Positions 50,566 to 64,000 of a stretch of DNA of 64,000 nucleotides are shown here, piece after piece. The notes under the pieces were generated by a model. The model saw only the letters and a program-made list of their open reading frames with translations. It had not been told where the DNA came from and did no database searches. The stretch's first letter is position 1; every line of letters starts with the position of its first letter. The DNA is taken from NCBI RefSeq assembly GCF_006345805.1, contig NC_042999.1, forward strand, positions 24,428,001-24,492,000. The letters are read 5' to 3'. This DNA is from Octopus sinensis (Eukaryota). The position numbers were made by a program, and so were the translations under genes.

Positions 50566-50913
50566 GGATGTATGTGTGTGTTCATTCATACTAAATAATG
50601 TATTTGGTACTTTAGGTTGTTGAAATATGTGTGTTTCTTACTGATTGGTATACTGAGTGGTAATTCCATTTTAACTATACTGTGTTTTTAAAACTGTAAA
50701 GATTGAGACTGAATTATATATGTAACTCTTTACTAGATGTATGCCAGTCATCAACAAACAAATATATACACACATGCATATGTATATATGTGTGTGTGTG
50801 TGTGTAATGCACGTTAAATATCATGATGATGAGAATATATACACATGCTTACATATATATATGTATATATATTTCTTTTTTTTTTTATTTTCATAAAGCT
50901 TCCCGTTATATAT

Positions 50914-50945
<32 letters not shown>

Positions 50946-51318
50946 CATACATAAATACATACATACATACATATACCAGAGTAAGCAGAAAAATGTGAAA
51001 CAAGGTGGAAAAAAAAGAGTACTCAAATACCAGAGTAGAGTAATATGCTTTATTAATAAAACTGCGAAAACAACAAAAACTCAGTTACTCAGTTTCTCAT
51101 TCTCATTCTGATGAACAGGAATGTGAAACTCTGAATAACAGTTTTTGTGATGACCTTGCAGCTTTATGTATACATACATAAGGGCATCCAGCTGTAGAAA
51201 CATTGCCAGATTAGACTGGAGCCTGGTGCAGCCTTCTGGCTTCCCAGAACCCCGGTCGAACCGTCCAACCCATGCTAGCATGGAGAACAGACGTTAAACG
51301 ATGATGATGATGATGATG

Positions 51319-51368
<50 letters not shown>

Positions 51369-51393
51369 AAATTAGAAAATGGAAAAACATATA

Positions 51394-51424
<31 letters not shown>

Positions 51425-52747
51425 CATACATACATACTCATGCATATTTATGACAACCATACAGTATTTATTTTTGCAAGGTAAAAATGATTTAATTTAT
51501 AGTTGAAAAAAACACTCTTCATTCACTGATTACTGTTATTGACTTTGATCTCTTCCCCTTGTATGTTACTTTAGTTCTGGGTTAGGAGTGGAGTGTAGAC
51601 ATAGTACAGAGTGCCAGACTAAATATGTTATAATATTTAGCTTTATTCTTCTGCATTCCATGTTAAACTCCTAAAATGCGTAACTTTGTCCTTGCATCAC
51701 TTGAGGGTTGAGTAAATATGTACCAGTAATAATATATTGTAGTATGTACTGTCATCTGTAGTTTTCTCTTGCAAAAATTAATCTTGCATATTGTCCAAAA
51801 ATATTGATTTCTGTTTTGTGGAGGTTTGTGAGTTGTCAAAAATGGCAGTGTTTTGTATTTATATGTCTTACAATATCTGTGCTGTTCTAGTTTCTGAGAT
51901 TTTTAGTTTTGGTAGTTATTTTATCAAACCCTGAGTGTTTAAGGGAACATGTACAAGTTATGTTCTGAAAATGTTACAATTATCTATCCTCATCTATTTA
52001 AAAATTTTCTTGGTTCTGCCAAAGAAATTCAATTTTGTATTTTGAGTAGGAATTGAACTCTGTTCAGGGACTAAATTGGCTCAAAAATATATATATATAA
52101 ACACTATCCTATAATCAAAGTATCATCTCTCAAAGCATTCTAATAATGACTTTCAGTGAGATAACCTGAAGAGCTGTTCTGACTGTTTCATCTATCATCT
52201 CATGTACAAACCTGTATAAAATTTTTTATCAAATCTTACCTCAGCATCACTGGCTGTTCATCTTAAGCAAACTTTTGATTAGAGAAACCATATTTTTAAC
52301 ATGTTAAACTGGGCTCAAAAATAGAGGAAAGGGAAACTCAAAAAACTAATTTCCGTTGCTTACTTCTGACAGAAACATCTAGTCGTGTTTTAGTCCACAT
52401 TTTTAATTAAATTATTAGTTAGTTTAATTATCTACTACTTATTACACTAATATACATCAGTATTATTTATAGAAACATTATAAATGCAAATTTTAACATT
52501 GTCAGACCACTTTTACATATCAGGATATTTTCATCATATTATCAACATACCAGACTTTGAAGAGATTTGGTGGTTATTTTTGCAAGAAGCAGCAATCAAG
52601 TAGATATTCTGACACATTATAGCAAGGTAGAGACGCTGATATAATTTCAGTCTCTGGTTGAACTCACAGCAAACTTGCACTAAACTTACAATGGTAATTC
52701 TTTTGAAAGAAGCATGAAAAAAATTCTCTAAAATATAGGATCTTTAT

Positions 52748-53174
52748 CACTTTGATCACTTTGACCGACCAGTCCGTCAGGCGTCCATTTGACACCGCTG
52801 ATCACAGCATGCTGTCCACTCTTCTCTGGATCGCGCCCCTCTCATCCACGTGATCCCAATCGTCCTCTTGAAATTGTCACTCCACCGTCGTGGAGGTCTT
52901 CCGGGTGGTCTTTTCCGCTCATGCGGGTACCACTCGACAACTGCGTGCATCCACCGGTTATCGGGGAGTCGGGTGACGTGTCCAGCCCATCTATACTTGC
53001 AATGTTATATGGTAGCTACCACAAAGAGAGAAGAGCAAAGACTGATAATGGCTCAAAGAGCCATGGAAAGGTCAATGCTTGGTATCTCGTTGAGAAAGCA
53101 CATAAATAGCAACATCATCAGAAAGAAGTCCGGCGTGAGAGATGTCATCGCAGAGTATACTCGCAGCAAGTATA
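52748..53174 (-). mobile_element. 5'-inverted, 5'-truncated RTE-type LINE insertion
   Basis: 11-bp TSD aggatctttat; minus part KYRWAGHVTR...RPPGRPPRRW with tcaaagtga-repeat tail; plus part AQRAMERSMLGIS...SKY. Confidence 0.9.
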
Positions 53175-53932
53175 AGGATCTTTATATCTAAAGAAAAGAA
53201 AACAAGAAATATATTTTGTCTTTTGGGGCTGAAAAATAATAAAAGTATGACTTGATAACAGAGATTAAAGTTGTTCAAAATATTAATACAATGTTTTACA
53301 AAAACAGAAGTTAAAATTGCAGAGCATTAGAGCAGCAAGCTGGCAGAATTGTTCCCGTGCTGGATGAGATGCTTAAAGGTATTTCTTTCAACTTTACCTT
53401 CTGAGTTCAAATCCTGCCGAGGTTAGCTTTACCTTTCATCCTTTTGGGGTTGATAAAATAAATAAGTGCCAGTTGAGCACAGGGTTGATGTAATCAACTT
53501 AACCTCCTTGAAATTATTGGCCTTGTGCCAAAATTTGAAACCAACACTATAAAATATTTGTAACCAGCCTTTAGTAAAAAAACGTTGCCGTATCATCATA
53601 ACATCATCATAACAATGTTCTTTTGTCAAGAGATTACTGAACTAAAATTTACTCTATTTCATATATGATATTAGTGTTCCTTATTTGAGCATGTGAAAGA
53701 AAAGAACCTATTAATATTACTGAAGAAATCTTTCATCACTTACTTGTTTCAGTCATTAGACTGTGGCCATGCTGAGGAGGCATGCTTTGAAGAATTTTTA
53801 GTCGATTGAATTGGCCCCAGAAGTTTTTCTTTTTTGTTTTTTTAAACCTGGTGCTTATCCTATCAATCTCTTTTGCTGGATCACTAAGTTATGGGGACAT
53901 AAACACCAACACTGGTTGTCAAGCAGTGTAGG

Positions 53933-53977
<45 letters not shown>

Positions 53978-54110
53978 ACAATCTGCTTTCAGTTTCCATC
54001 TGCCAAATCCACTCACAAGGCTTTGGTAGGCCCAAGGTGCCACAGACTAGGACTTAACTTGGAAATATGTGATTGGGAAGCAAGTTTCTTACCACACAGT
54101 CACACCTGCG

Positions 54111-54144
<34 letters not shown>

Positions 54145-54789
54145 GTAGGATAAATTTTTTTTTTTTTCAATGGCCAGCATATTAAAAAATACCTTTAAAG
54201 GTTATATATATCACAACTCGTGTTCCACATCTCCTTTTTAAATATATATATATATATATATATATATACTTTTTATTCCAATATATGTTTCTTTCTCTTT
54301 CTCATTAACAAAAATTTTACTTAGGCTTCGTGTCACAAACTTAAGGGCTGCAAGGGGTTGATGAAATGAGATAATTACACCTCTTCCAAGGGCACTAGCA
54401 ATATAAGTGAAATGAATCAGCTTCAGACAGTAATTAAGATGGCTTAACGGGTTCAGTTTTTCAAAAAGACATCATTATAATCATGCCTATCCTCAGAGCA
54501 ATAGTTGCATGAAATGAAATGAAATGAAATGAAATTGCACTACTGAAGATTGATACCATGTGGCATTCTCAACTTGCTGAAAGATTACCTCATGCTTTAC
54601 AGCACTTACTCTACATGAAGAGTTAATATCAACATATATCAAAGATCATAGTTCATCTCTTTAATACTAGAATTAATTCAACTGACTGCATATCAACTGA
54701 TTTACTTCCCAGTTATTGTACTTCACTTTCATAGCCTTTTGGAAAAACTACAAGGGTCGCACAGTCCCCACCCTCCCGTTCCTTAAAAA

Positions 54790-55410
54790 AATAGTGGCTA
54801 TTAAGTTTGTTATAGTCAGGCTAATTTGCTTTAGTAACTCAGTTTATAGTCTTAGTTAGTTAGTTAAAAAGCAAAAAGCAAAAAGCAAGGCCATGTAAGG
54901 GGACATGGAGTTATGTACAGTGAGGGTGTTCATGCAAAGAGTTCAGGCCATTTCTGGTCAAGAGAGACTTTGAACCGAGTGGTCGTCAGCATCTTCACTA
55001 TCTCGTCCAGCAGCTTATTCCACGGATCCGCAACCCGGACGGAGAAAGCCCCTCTCCTTCGATTGAGATGAAATCGTCGCAGATAGAGCTTTTCGGAGTG
55101 ACCCCGCAGCCGACGCTCTGGAGCAGGAGTGAAGAACAGCTCTTTCAAGAGGTTACACTTTCCGCTTATGATGTTGTGAGCGAGAATGAGATCACCATGG
55201 CGGCGGCGTTTTTCTAGGGAATAAAGGTCAAGCGTCTTCAGCCTTTCTTCATCAGATAAATGCTTGAGACCAAGAACCATGCGAGTAGCCAGCTTCTGGA
55301 CTCTTTCAAGATGATGTATGTCTTTGAGGATATAAGGAAAAGAGGCTTGAATCCCGTACTCCAATATGGGTCTTGAGTGATATCCCAACACAGCAAGGCT
55401 CTTTAACATA
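54790..55410 (-). mobile_element. CR1/L2-type LINE 3' fragment
   Basis: RPILEYG...LERVQKLATRMV...RGHSEKL...RVADPWNKL, (TAAC)n tail. Confidence 0.88.
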
Positions 55411-55588
55411 TATTTTCATCCTTGGTTTAATAATTTATATTTTAGTGATTTTATTTCACATTTAATTCATCAAACGTAGGGATTTGTTGTATTTTAGGTT
55501 TGAAATTATCTTTGCTGGTTCTTTGATAGCGTTAAAGTTTCTGGTATAATCTAATTAGTTATCCTCCTGTATTCTGAATGTAGATGGA

Positions 55589-55954
55589 AGCACTCCGTCA
55601 GTTACGATGACGAGGGTTCCGGTTGATCCGATCAACGGAACAGCCTGCTCGTGAAATTAACGTGTAAGTGGCTGAGCACTCCACAGACGCGTGTACCCTT
55701 AACGTAGTTCTCGGGGATATTCAGCGTGACACAGAGAGTGACAAGGCCGGCCCTTTGAAATACAGGTACAATAGAAACAGGAAGTAAGAGTGAGAGAAAG
55801 TTGTGGTGAAAGAGTACAGCAGGGATCACCACCATCCCTGCCGGAGCCTCGTGGAGCTTTTAGGTGTTTTCGCTCAATAAACACTCACAATGCCCGTTCT
55901 GGGAATCGAAACCGCGAGTCCGCTGCCCTAACCACTGGGCCATTGCGCCTCCAC
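55589..55954 (-). mobile_element. SINE family C
   Basis: Matches 22696-23065. Confidence 0.9.
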
Positions 55955-58639
55955 AATCTGTATGTATGCAAATGGACATATGCATTCATACTCGTCTTCT
56001 ATATTTTTCTTATTTTAATCTCTATCTTGGATAATGTTGATAAGCAAGATGACCGAGTTCATGTATATATAGTTCTCTCTCTCTCTCTCTCATATTTTTA
56101 ATTCTTCATTTCAATTTTTGTTTTTAAATGTTTTTATTAGTAATCTGCCAGTTACCCTCTTTGCACAAAAGTGTGAACCTGTGCAGACATGCACTTGTAT
56201 GTGTGTGATACAAAATAAAAACAACTTTATTACTATGATTTCTTAGTAGAAATGTTCACTATTTCGGCAAATATCAACTATTTCATGTTCTTTGGCGAGC
56301 CAGTCTTTTTCATCTCAATATCTTTTTCTATATAAATATAATTAATGAAAAATTTCTCATAAAATTCATTTAAACTATCTTCTTGAAGAGGAAGAAATAT
56401 TTAAAATGATTCTGGTCATGAAACTTTTAATGGTAAAAATGAAAATTTTTTTTTTAAAAAAAAAAAAACCATAAAATGTTAAAAAAAAATTATTTTTTAT
56501 TCTTTTATACATCTATTGGTTAAACAATGATGATGAAAACAAATGAAATAAAAAAAGAAGTAAAAGAAAAATGTTTCTCAGATTTTTTTAAAACTTCTTT
56601 CTTGAGTTTGAAATAAAATAAACTAGTGAAATGGTGACAACAGATTTAAATACCAACTTTCACAACATGGAAATAATTATAGAGATGTACTCGCATAGCA
56701 AGTGATTTGATTTGAGATCGTGTGCTGGAACGAAAACAATTGCAGCGTGGAAGGTGTTTGTAAGCCATTTAAGAAACACACAAAAGCCGTTCGATTCACT
56801 TCAACATTTAAGTTTAATTTGTCAAAATATTTTCGTCGCTAAAATCCGCGACCATTTTTATAAACATAATCAAGGTAGCAAGCTGGCAGAATTGTTACAA
56901 TACCGAGCAAAATTCTTCGCTGCATTTCGTCTGTATTTACTTTCTAAGTTCAAATTCTGCTGAGATCAACTTTACCTTTCTTTCATCCTCGGGTGAGTGG
57001 GGACTGGGGGGGGGGGGTCAATAAAATAAGAACCAGTCAAGTACTGGTGATGATGTAATCGACTCCCCCTCCTTCCCACAAAAACTGCTGACCCTGTGCC
57101 AGAATTTGAAATCAATGTTAGAAACTTGATTCATCATCATCATCGTTTAACGTCCGTTCTCCATGCTAGCATGGGTTGGACGGTTCGACCGGGGATCTGG
57201 GAAGCCAGAAGGCTACACCAAGCTCCAGTCTGTTCTGGCAGTGTTTCTACAGCTGGATGCCCTTCCTAACGCCAACCACTCCGTGAGTGTAGTGGGTGCT
57301 TTTTACATGCCACCTGCACAGGTGCCAGGCGAGGCTGGCAACGGCCATGATCAGATTGGTGCATTTTACGTGCCACCGGCACGGAAGCCAGTCAAGGTGG
57401 CGCTGGCATCGGCCACGATTTGGATGGTGCTTTTTACGTGCCACCAGCATGGAAGTCAGTCAAGGCGGCGCTGGCATCGGCCACAATTCGGATAGTGCTT
57501 TTTACGTGCCACTGGCACGGAAGCCAGTCTAGGCTGATTATGAATGATTAATCATTAGTTATATTATTCGTTTTATTATTGCTGAAGACTGGCTCTTTGG
57601 ATTTATTTACACCACATTCATGGTAGATAGTCACTGTTTATTCTTTCTAATTCCACTCGATTTCAACTGGAACATGTTCAGTAACAATAGCTCCCTTTCT
57701 GCCAGAACATGAAGAGGTCATTGCAAGAGAGTAACATCAACCATCTCAGTTTAGTAACGATAATATCTAATAAATAAATAAACCTAAAGAAAAGGATAAA
57801 GGAGAAAAGTATTTTTAGTTTTAAAACATGTATCAAATGTATTAGGGAGATTTAAATATTTCTACATAAATCAAATAGTCTATACCTTGTGTGGTGTCCT
57901 CTATAATTATTTTTGTTAGTCCAGCTTCATTGTGTAATCTAAATAAAATTTTGAAGAAAGTAGTCCTGCATTCCCATCTTAGACCGAGTCCATTTCATTG
58001 CATTGCCAAAGTACTTAAAAAGGCATAATGCCACAACTTAATATTTCTTCTTTCTTCATTGTTCGACTATAAGGATAATCCCATTTTTATTTCTAACATG
58101 AGTGTAGCTAATACTGTGCTATCCAATGTGTTCTGCTGAAAATAGCAGCAGAATTTCCTTCCAATCACACTCTGCTATCTTAAGCAAGTCAAGATAATTC
58201 TACATATGCTTAAAATGATGGTTGGAATATCTTGGTTGGACATAGATCTTCTCAAGTGGGATTGAACTGGAATTAACAATGCCACTGTAATTCCATCAGC
58301 ATAAAAGAAATAAGGAAATTTCAAACTCAAAAGCCTCAGACTTGACAAAATCACAAATATGCACTTAGATTCCTTACAGTTGGAAAGAATTATTACGCAC
58401 AATATCTTCAACTGTACCTTCCCTCTCTCTCTCTCTCTCTCTCTTTCGGAGAGGCACTGAGCAGCTATACGCACACATACACACACGGCAGTAACTCCTG
58501 CCTACCGAATTCAATCACAAAGCTCAGGGCTATAGTGGAAGACACCTACCCAAAGTGCCACACAGTGGGACTGAACCCGAAACCATGTAGTTAGGAAGCA
58601 AGCTCCCTAACCATACAGCCATAATTTCACAAAATTTCA

Positions 58640-59160
58640 AAACCGCAAAACAAAAACAACGATGACCCAATAAAAACAGCATTACCCAGATCCCTTACCA
58701 TACCATGTACACACTCAGATCACTGATCCACACATCCCTTTTTCCAAGTTGCAATATGGATTCCACTCAACTACGAAACCTCACACAAAGACGACAGCTT
58801 CAAGACAATTTAGCTTAATATATCCAGTATCTGCAATTTACCACACTCACTCTAGTTAACATATGCTGATACTTATCTGTCCACACGACAAAACATAAGC
58901 ACATCTTTAAATGCAGGTAACAGTTACCTCTTTTATTCCATTGCTACAATCACAAAACTATTTCAACTCCACATTCACCAGATTGCAAACAATAGACTAA
59001 AAGTGGCACCTAACAAATTCACAATCTCCTTTCTTACTGATATTATTAAGGAATATCCGAAGCAATCAACTATCATATTCAACATCACAGACAAGTGGAA
59101 AATGTTCTGAATCATATACAACATTCACAACACACTTAGAAGACTGTAAAGAGAGGAAAC
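58640..59160 (+). mobile_element. Very degenerate LINE RT relic (tentative)
   Basis: C/A-rich strand; TYAD-like and LKVAPNKFTISFLT remnants. Confidence 0.35.
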
Positions 59161-59896
59161 AATGCACATACATATTTAGGCTGCTCACAATTGAGATGAA
59201 GTCTTATGTACATAGGGTACTCACAGTTGAGACGAAGTCTCATATACATATTTAGGGTACTTAGTTGAGACGAAGTCTATAAACAATGTTAGTATGTTAG
59301 ATTCATCCCATATTATGCCAGTTCTGCTAGCTAACCAAGAATCTTCTGCAAAGCACCTGTCTTCTCTCGAACCGCTATACTGCATCTTCATTTATGGCCA
59401 TGTCTTCGTGATAAACTGCATGGAAATTTCCATTCAAATCACACGATCATACGAATGCATCTGAAATAGAACTCACTGAAATGTAGGCTAAAATCAGTAG
59501 ATATGCCGTAACCTTCGTCGGTCACAGGCTGACATGATTTCAAATGTCAAGTACTGCTGCAAATACTCTTTTGTTGGAAGACATGCAAACGAAAATAATT
59601 AAAAAGAATGAATGCTTTTGAGACCAAAATGTGCAGAAAAAGTTGAATGCCCTTAAGTGGACATATTAATGCCAAAGACTGGTAGCGAAAACCATTAGAA
59701 AGCAAAAGAACAATGTGTGATGCGTGCATGGTGGTGGGTACAAAATATGGCAAGAAAAAATAGCATGGACAGTATGCGCAAAAATCAAATGCAAACCTAG
59801 AATGAGGCTTCATGCAGAAAGGTATCCATAGAAAACTTAGGGGCAGAAATGCTATCAGCATGAATAAACCATGCAGGTAAATGTATGCGAAAGATA

Positions 59897-60126
59897 TATT
59901 TCGTTATTGCCCACAAGGGGCTAAACATAGAGGGGACAAACAAGGACAGTCAAAGGGATTAAGTCGATTCCATCAATCCCCAGTGCGTAACTGGTACTTT
60001 ATCGACCCCGAAAGGATGAAAGGCAAAGTCGACCTCGGCAGAATTTGAACTCACAATGTAACGACAGACGAAATACGGCTATGCATTTCGCCCCGGCGTG
60101 CTAACGTTTCTGCCAGCTCGCCACCT
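59897..60126 (-). mobile_element. SINE family A
   Basis: Matches the other copies. Confidence 0.85.
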
Positions 60127-60569
60127 TTGTATACGAAAGATAATGTACATAGGATAGAGAAAGAATACATGAGTACGGGAAAAAAACCTGAAGTTTAAAA
60201 CATTAATAAGCAATACAACAAAAAAAAAGAGATGAAAATATCAAACAAAAGCAAAGGTATGCAACTGTAAATGACAGAAAATAAAACGCATTGTCCATAT
60301 TCAGAATTCGTGGATACTAAATGGTACTGAACTGCTAAAAACATGCAGAGAAAAGTGTTCATGTAGTATCTTTGAAAGTCAAAATATAGTGTTTATGTAT
60401 GGAAACTGTAAGATTGATGCTGGATGCACTGAGCCAGGTAACTTGCTCTAACTTTATGTACAACGTGATCATAGAGAGATGTTATAGAGGAAAACGGAGG
60501 TGTTGCCAGAAGAGAGAGTGCAGAAAGCACGGTTTGTGTTTTTGTGTGTAAAACTGCTCAGAGAATATG

Positions 60570-60798
60570 TATTTCTTTATTGCCCACAAGGGGCTAAACA
60601 TAGAGGGGACAGACAAAGGGATTAAGTCGATTACATCGACCCCCACCCCAGTGCGAAACTGGTACTTCATTTATCGACCCTGAAAGGATGAAAGGTAAAG
60701 TTGACCTTGGTGGAATTTGAACTCAGAATGTAACGACAGACGAAATACCGCTAAGCATTTCACCCGGCGCGCTAACAAGTCTGCCAGCTCGCTGCCTT
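60570..60798 (-). mobile_element. SINE family A with TSD
   Basis: Flanked by the direct repeat aactgctcagagaatatg. Confidence 0.9.
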
Positions 60799-61683
60799 CA
60801 ACTGCTCAGAGAATATGGCATGCATGTGACTAGATGTATGGACAGGTATAGGTTTGTATGTCTTTTATGCTAACAAGAAAAAGTACAGCAAAAATTAAGT
60901 AACTTGAGAAAACTGCAAACATTTATGCGAAAACCATTGCAAGAAAACAGTGAGTACTTGTCTGCTAGAGAGAATGAAACTCCATGCAGAAATACGTTCA
61001 TGCATGTTTGGCAAGAAGTGATATATGTTCGTGCTGGAAGGTCTTGTGTTTGTGGTAGGCTAAGTGATTCTTTTTAATCCAAAGTCGACCGGCACGGCTA
61101 ACCAAGAATCGTTTGTGAAAATCTTGCCTTCTTTTGAATCCCTACACTGTTTGTCCCGTGCGTCTCCATTAATGGCCATGTTTTTGACGAAAAACTGCAC
61201 GGAAATTTCCATTCAAATCACGCGATCAAATGAATGCACTTGAAATATGACAGGCTAAAATCAGTTGATATGTCGTGACCTGTTACGGGGCTGATGCGGT
61301 TTCAAATGCCAATAGTATTCAACTGCCCAATATTTTTCCTGGGTCTGTTGATATGTTTTCTTTAATAAGAAGTGGCCCATTTTCGTTGTATTTTCCCTCT
61401 ACCGTTGATCACTATTACTTCTATCTGTTGGTGAACGATAAAACAATACAGTAAGACATTGAATAATCAGAATTTGGATGCTTCAGCTCAGAATTTTTTA
61501 GTAGCTTGGTCAATCATGCGTAACATCAAATCGATAGGTTTCATACCGTGTCATATCATATAGGGGTCGTTGCAGTTCAACAATTGTAGAATCGGTTAGC
61601 TGTGATCTGGTTTACTTTTTTTTATCTGGCTGCGTTCTGCTACTAGACAAAATCCACTGCGATATTTCGATTTTAGTAACATG

Positions 61684-62094
61684 GGATCTTTTCAGTTTAA
61701 ATGGCAGTTTTTTCTAGCAGTGTCATATGAAATTGTCACCCATAATTATGACCCTAGTATCGATCTATTGCATTTCAATCTGTTTTAGGGCTAGGGTTAG
61801 GGGTGGGGGGAAGGGTATCTTTTTTTCTTCACAAATGGAAATAAACCCAATCTGTTTCTTAAACGAGGGACATATTCATACGGCACAGAATGTTTTTTTT
61901 ACCTCAATAGACGTCATTGATTGGTTGAAATTGCAGAAATTGAAGAAAAACATATGTTACAAACTATAGAATTTTCTCAATAAAGCCAAGAGAAAAAGAT
62001 GTTTTATAAACACATTCTACCAGTATACGAAGTTTAAAAGTGTTTAGTTACCGAGAAATTATGTTAGAAACTGCCATTCAAACCGAAAAGATCC
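61684..62094. mobile_element. Same GGATCT-TIR MITE
   Basis: TIRs; flanked by a 24-bp direct duplication. Confidence 0.9.
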
Positions 62095-62284
62095 CGATAT
62101 TTCGATTTTAGTAACATGTTTATTTACAGGGAGATGTTACAATAGTTTCTTTACACAAGTTGTTATGCCGAGAAAAGATGTTGATTTGCGCTTGGAGAGT
62201 AGAGAAAGTATATGCTTTGGGCGTGGAGAAAATGTTATGCTCGGTGAGAGATGAGAATAATGTATACTTCGAAAAGGAGTTCTT

Positions 62285-62688
62285 GGATCTTTTCGGTTTG
62301 AACGGCAGTTTTTAACATAATTTCTAGGTAACTAAAAAATTTTAAACTTCGTATACTGGTAGAATGTGTTTATAAAACATATTTTTCTCTTGGCTTTATT
62401 GAGAAAATTCTATAGTTTGTAAGATATTTGTTGTTTTTTTTTTTTCAATTTCTGCAATTTCAACCAATCAATGATGTCTATTGAGGTAAAAATACATTCT
62501 GTGCCGTATGAATATGTGCCTCGTTTAAGAAACAGATTGGGTTTATTTACATTTGTGAAGAAAAATAGATACCTTACCCCTAACCCTAAAACATTGAAAT
62601 GCAATAGATCGATACTAGGGTCATAATTATGGGTGACAATTTCATATGACACCACTAGAAAAAACTGCCGTTCAAACCGAAAAGATCC
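62285..62688. mobile_element. Same GGATCT-TIR MITE, opposite orientation
   Basis: TIRs; TSD gagttctt/aagttctt. Confidence 0.9.
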
Positions 62689-63145
62689 AAGTTCTTTTAA
62701 CATGAAGTCAGAGTGGCATGACTGCCGGTTGACCAAGAAAATATCTACCATCCCCTAACTTGTACCATCCCACGCATCTTCACTTTATAACCATGATTTG
62801 GCGCGAAACCTCATGGGATTTTTCATTTGATCGCGCCACCATTCAAATGCACCAGAACAACGACTGAATGAAATATGGGCCAAGATAACCTGATGGGTCG
62901 TGGCCTTCATCCATTGCTGGACTGACAAGGTTTTAAATGCTAAGCTCTGCTGAAATACTTTACACATCTCTTTTCTCTATTTCCTAAATACCAAAGGAAA
63001 CTAGGCCCCTTTTGATCTTACTGATATAATGCTTCAATAAACAGATTAAACATCACATGGTTTATGAACACAAGCTAAAAACATAACAGTATGTAAAAGA
63101 TTTCAACAACGCTATTCAAGGTAAAGTTTACGTGTTTGTGAGAAT

Positions 63146-63555
63146 GGATCTTTTCGGTTTGAACGGCAGTTTTTAAAAAATAATTTCCACGTAACTAAAC
63201 ACTTTTAAACTTCCTATACTGGTAGATTGTGTTTATAAAACATCATTTTCTCTTGGCTTTATTGAGAAAATTCTATAGTTTGTAACATATTTGTTGTTTT
63301 TTTCTTCAATTTCAACCAATCACTGACATCCATTGAGGTAAAAATACATTCTGTGCCGTATGAATATGTCCCTCGTTTAAGAAACAGATTGGGTTTATTT
63401 ACATTTGTGAAGAAAAAAAGATACCCTTCCCCCCATCCCTAACCCTAACCCTAAAACAGATTGAAATGCAATAGATCGATTCTAGGGTCATAATTATGGG
63501 TGACAATTTCATATGACACCGCTAGAAAAAACTGCTGTTCAAACCGAAAAGATCC
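63146..63555. mobile_element. Same GGATCT-TIR MITE, opposite orientation
   Basis: TIRs; no matching TSD visible. Confidence 0.85.
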
Positions 63556-64000
63556 AAATTTTTTTACATAGTGTTATTTGTGTATTACAAAGTCAAGTGA
63601 ATTTTTGTTTTGTATTAATGTGTTACCAGAATTGGCCTAAACTAAAGAGATAAGGCAACTGCGTGATCCATTCCGCTAGGACGTGCCTCGCAGTAAGACT
63701 GTCCAAAAGAGAATAGTTCATATAGAAAAGTGAAGATTATTGAAGTGTCGTTTTGTTCTAGTGTCATCCATGTGTCAGTGGGTCATAGCATTGAAGTAGA
63801 ATTTGTAAGAATAGGGCATTGCCAAAATATTTTTCATTGAACTTAACATATCTCGTATTTTAAGACAGCTAAAAAGAGTCGATTCTGTTCTCTGTTGTCG
63901 CTGCCTGGGTAACTATGTAAAGAGAAAAGTAGACCTAATGGCATTTGTACTCAAAACATAAATGGATACGCCTAAATATGGCATATTTCACACATCACAT

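Noticed and set aside
52120-52260. Minus-strand exon-like FVHEMIDETVRTALQ segment
   Set aside because: Joining it to the adjacent candidate needs a 28-bp intron; no recognisable homology
52522-52625. Plus-strand AG...GT open segment after the gene end
   Set aside because: Two frames look equally plausible, it has no partner exons, and it lies beyond the stop codon
63700-63915. Minus-strand terminal-exon-like frame near the window end
   Set aside because: Good acceptor but short frames with no recognisable motif; cannot be supported

Overview
AT-rich, repeat-dense animal genomic DNA. The SINE, RTE and microsatellite content looks like octopus or another cephalopod (inference from pattern recognition, no search run). 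One complete 12-exon gene can be assembled on the + strand (6700-47336, 456 aa, every intron GT-AG and phase-compatible). It encodes an uncharacterised GalT/HIT-fold protein with an N-terminal hydrophobic segment, a CDFC motif and ASQVHPHMH. One intact ABCA-transporter exon lies antisense in its third intron with no partner exons found. The rest is layered transposon debris: tRNA-SINEs, RTE/CR1/CRE LINE relics, mariner and piggyBac relics, MITEs and non-autonomous Helitrons, including a 1.94-kb chimeric Helitron present twice. The most striking signal is a set of Penelope-like inverted-repeat remnants that carry minimal type I hammerhead ribozyme motifs from several families. Two related families replace the conserved C3-G8 core pair with G3-C8 and U3-A8 and also covary in stem II. 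Almost all ORF-track hits are microsatellite or repeat artefacts. Exon, TSD, Helitron-end and ribozyme coordinates were counted by hand; SINE/LINE boundaries are approximate.
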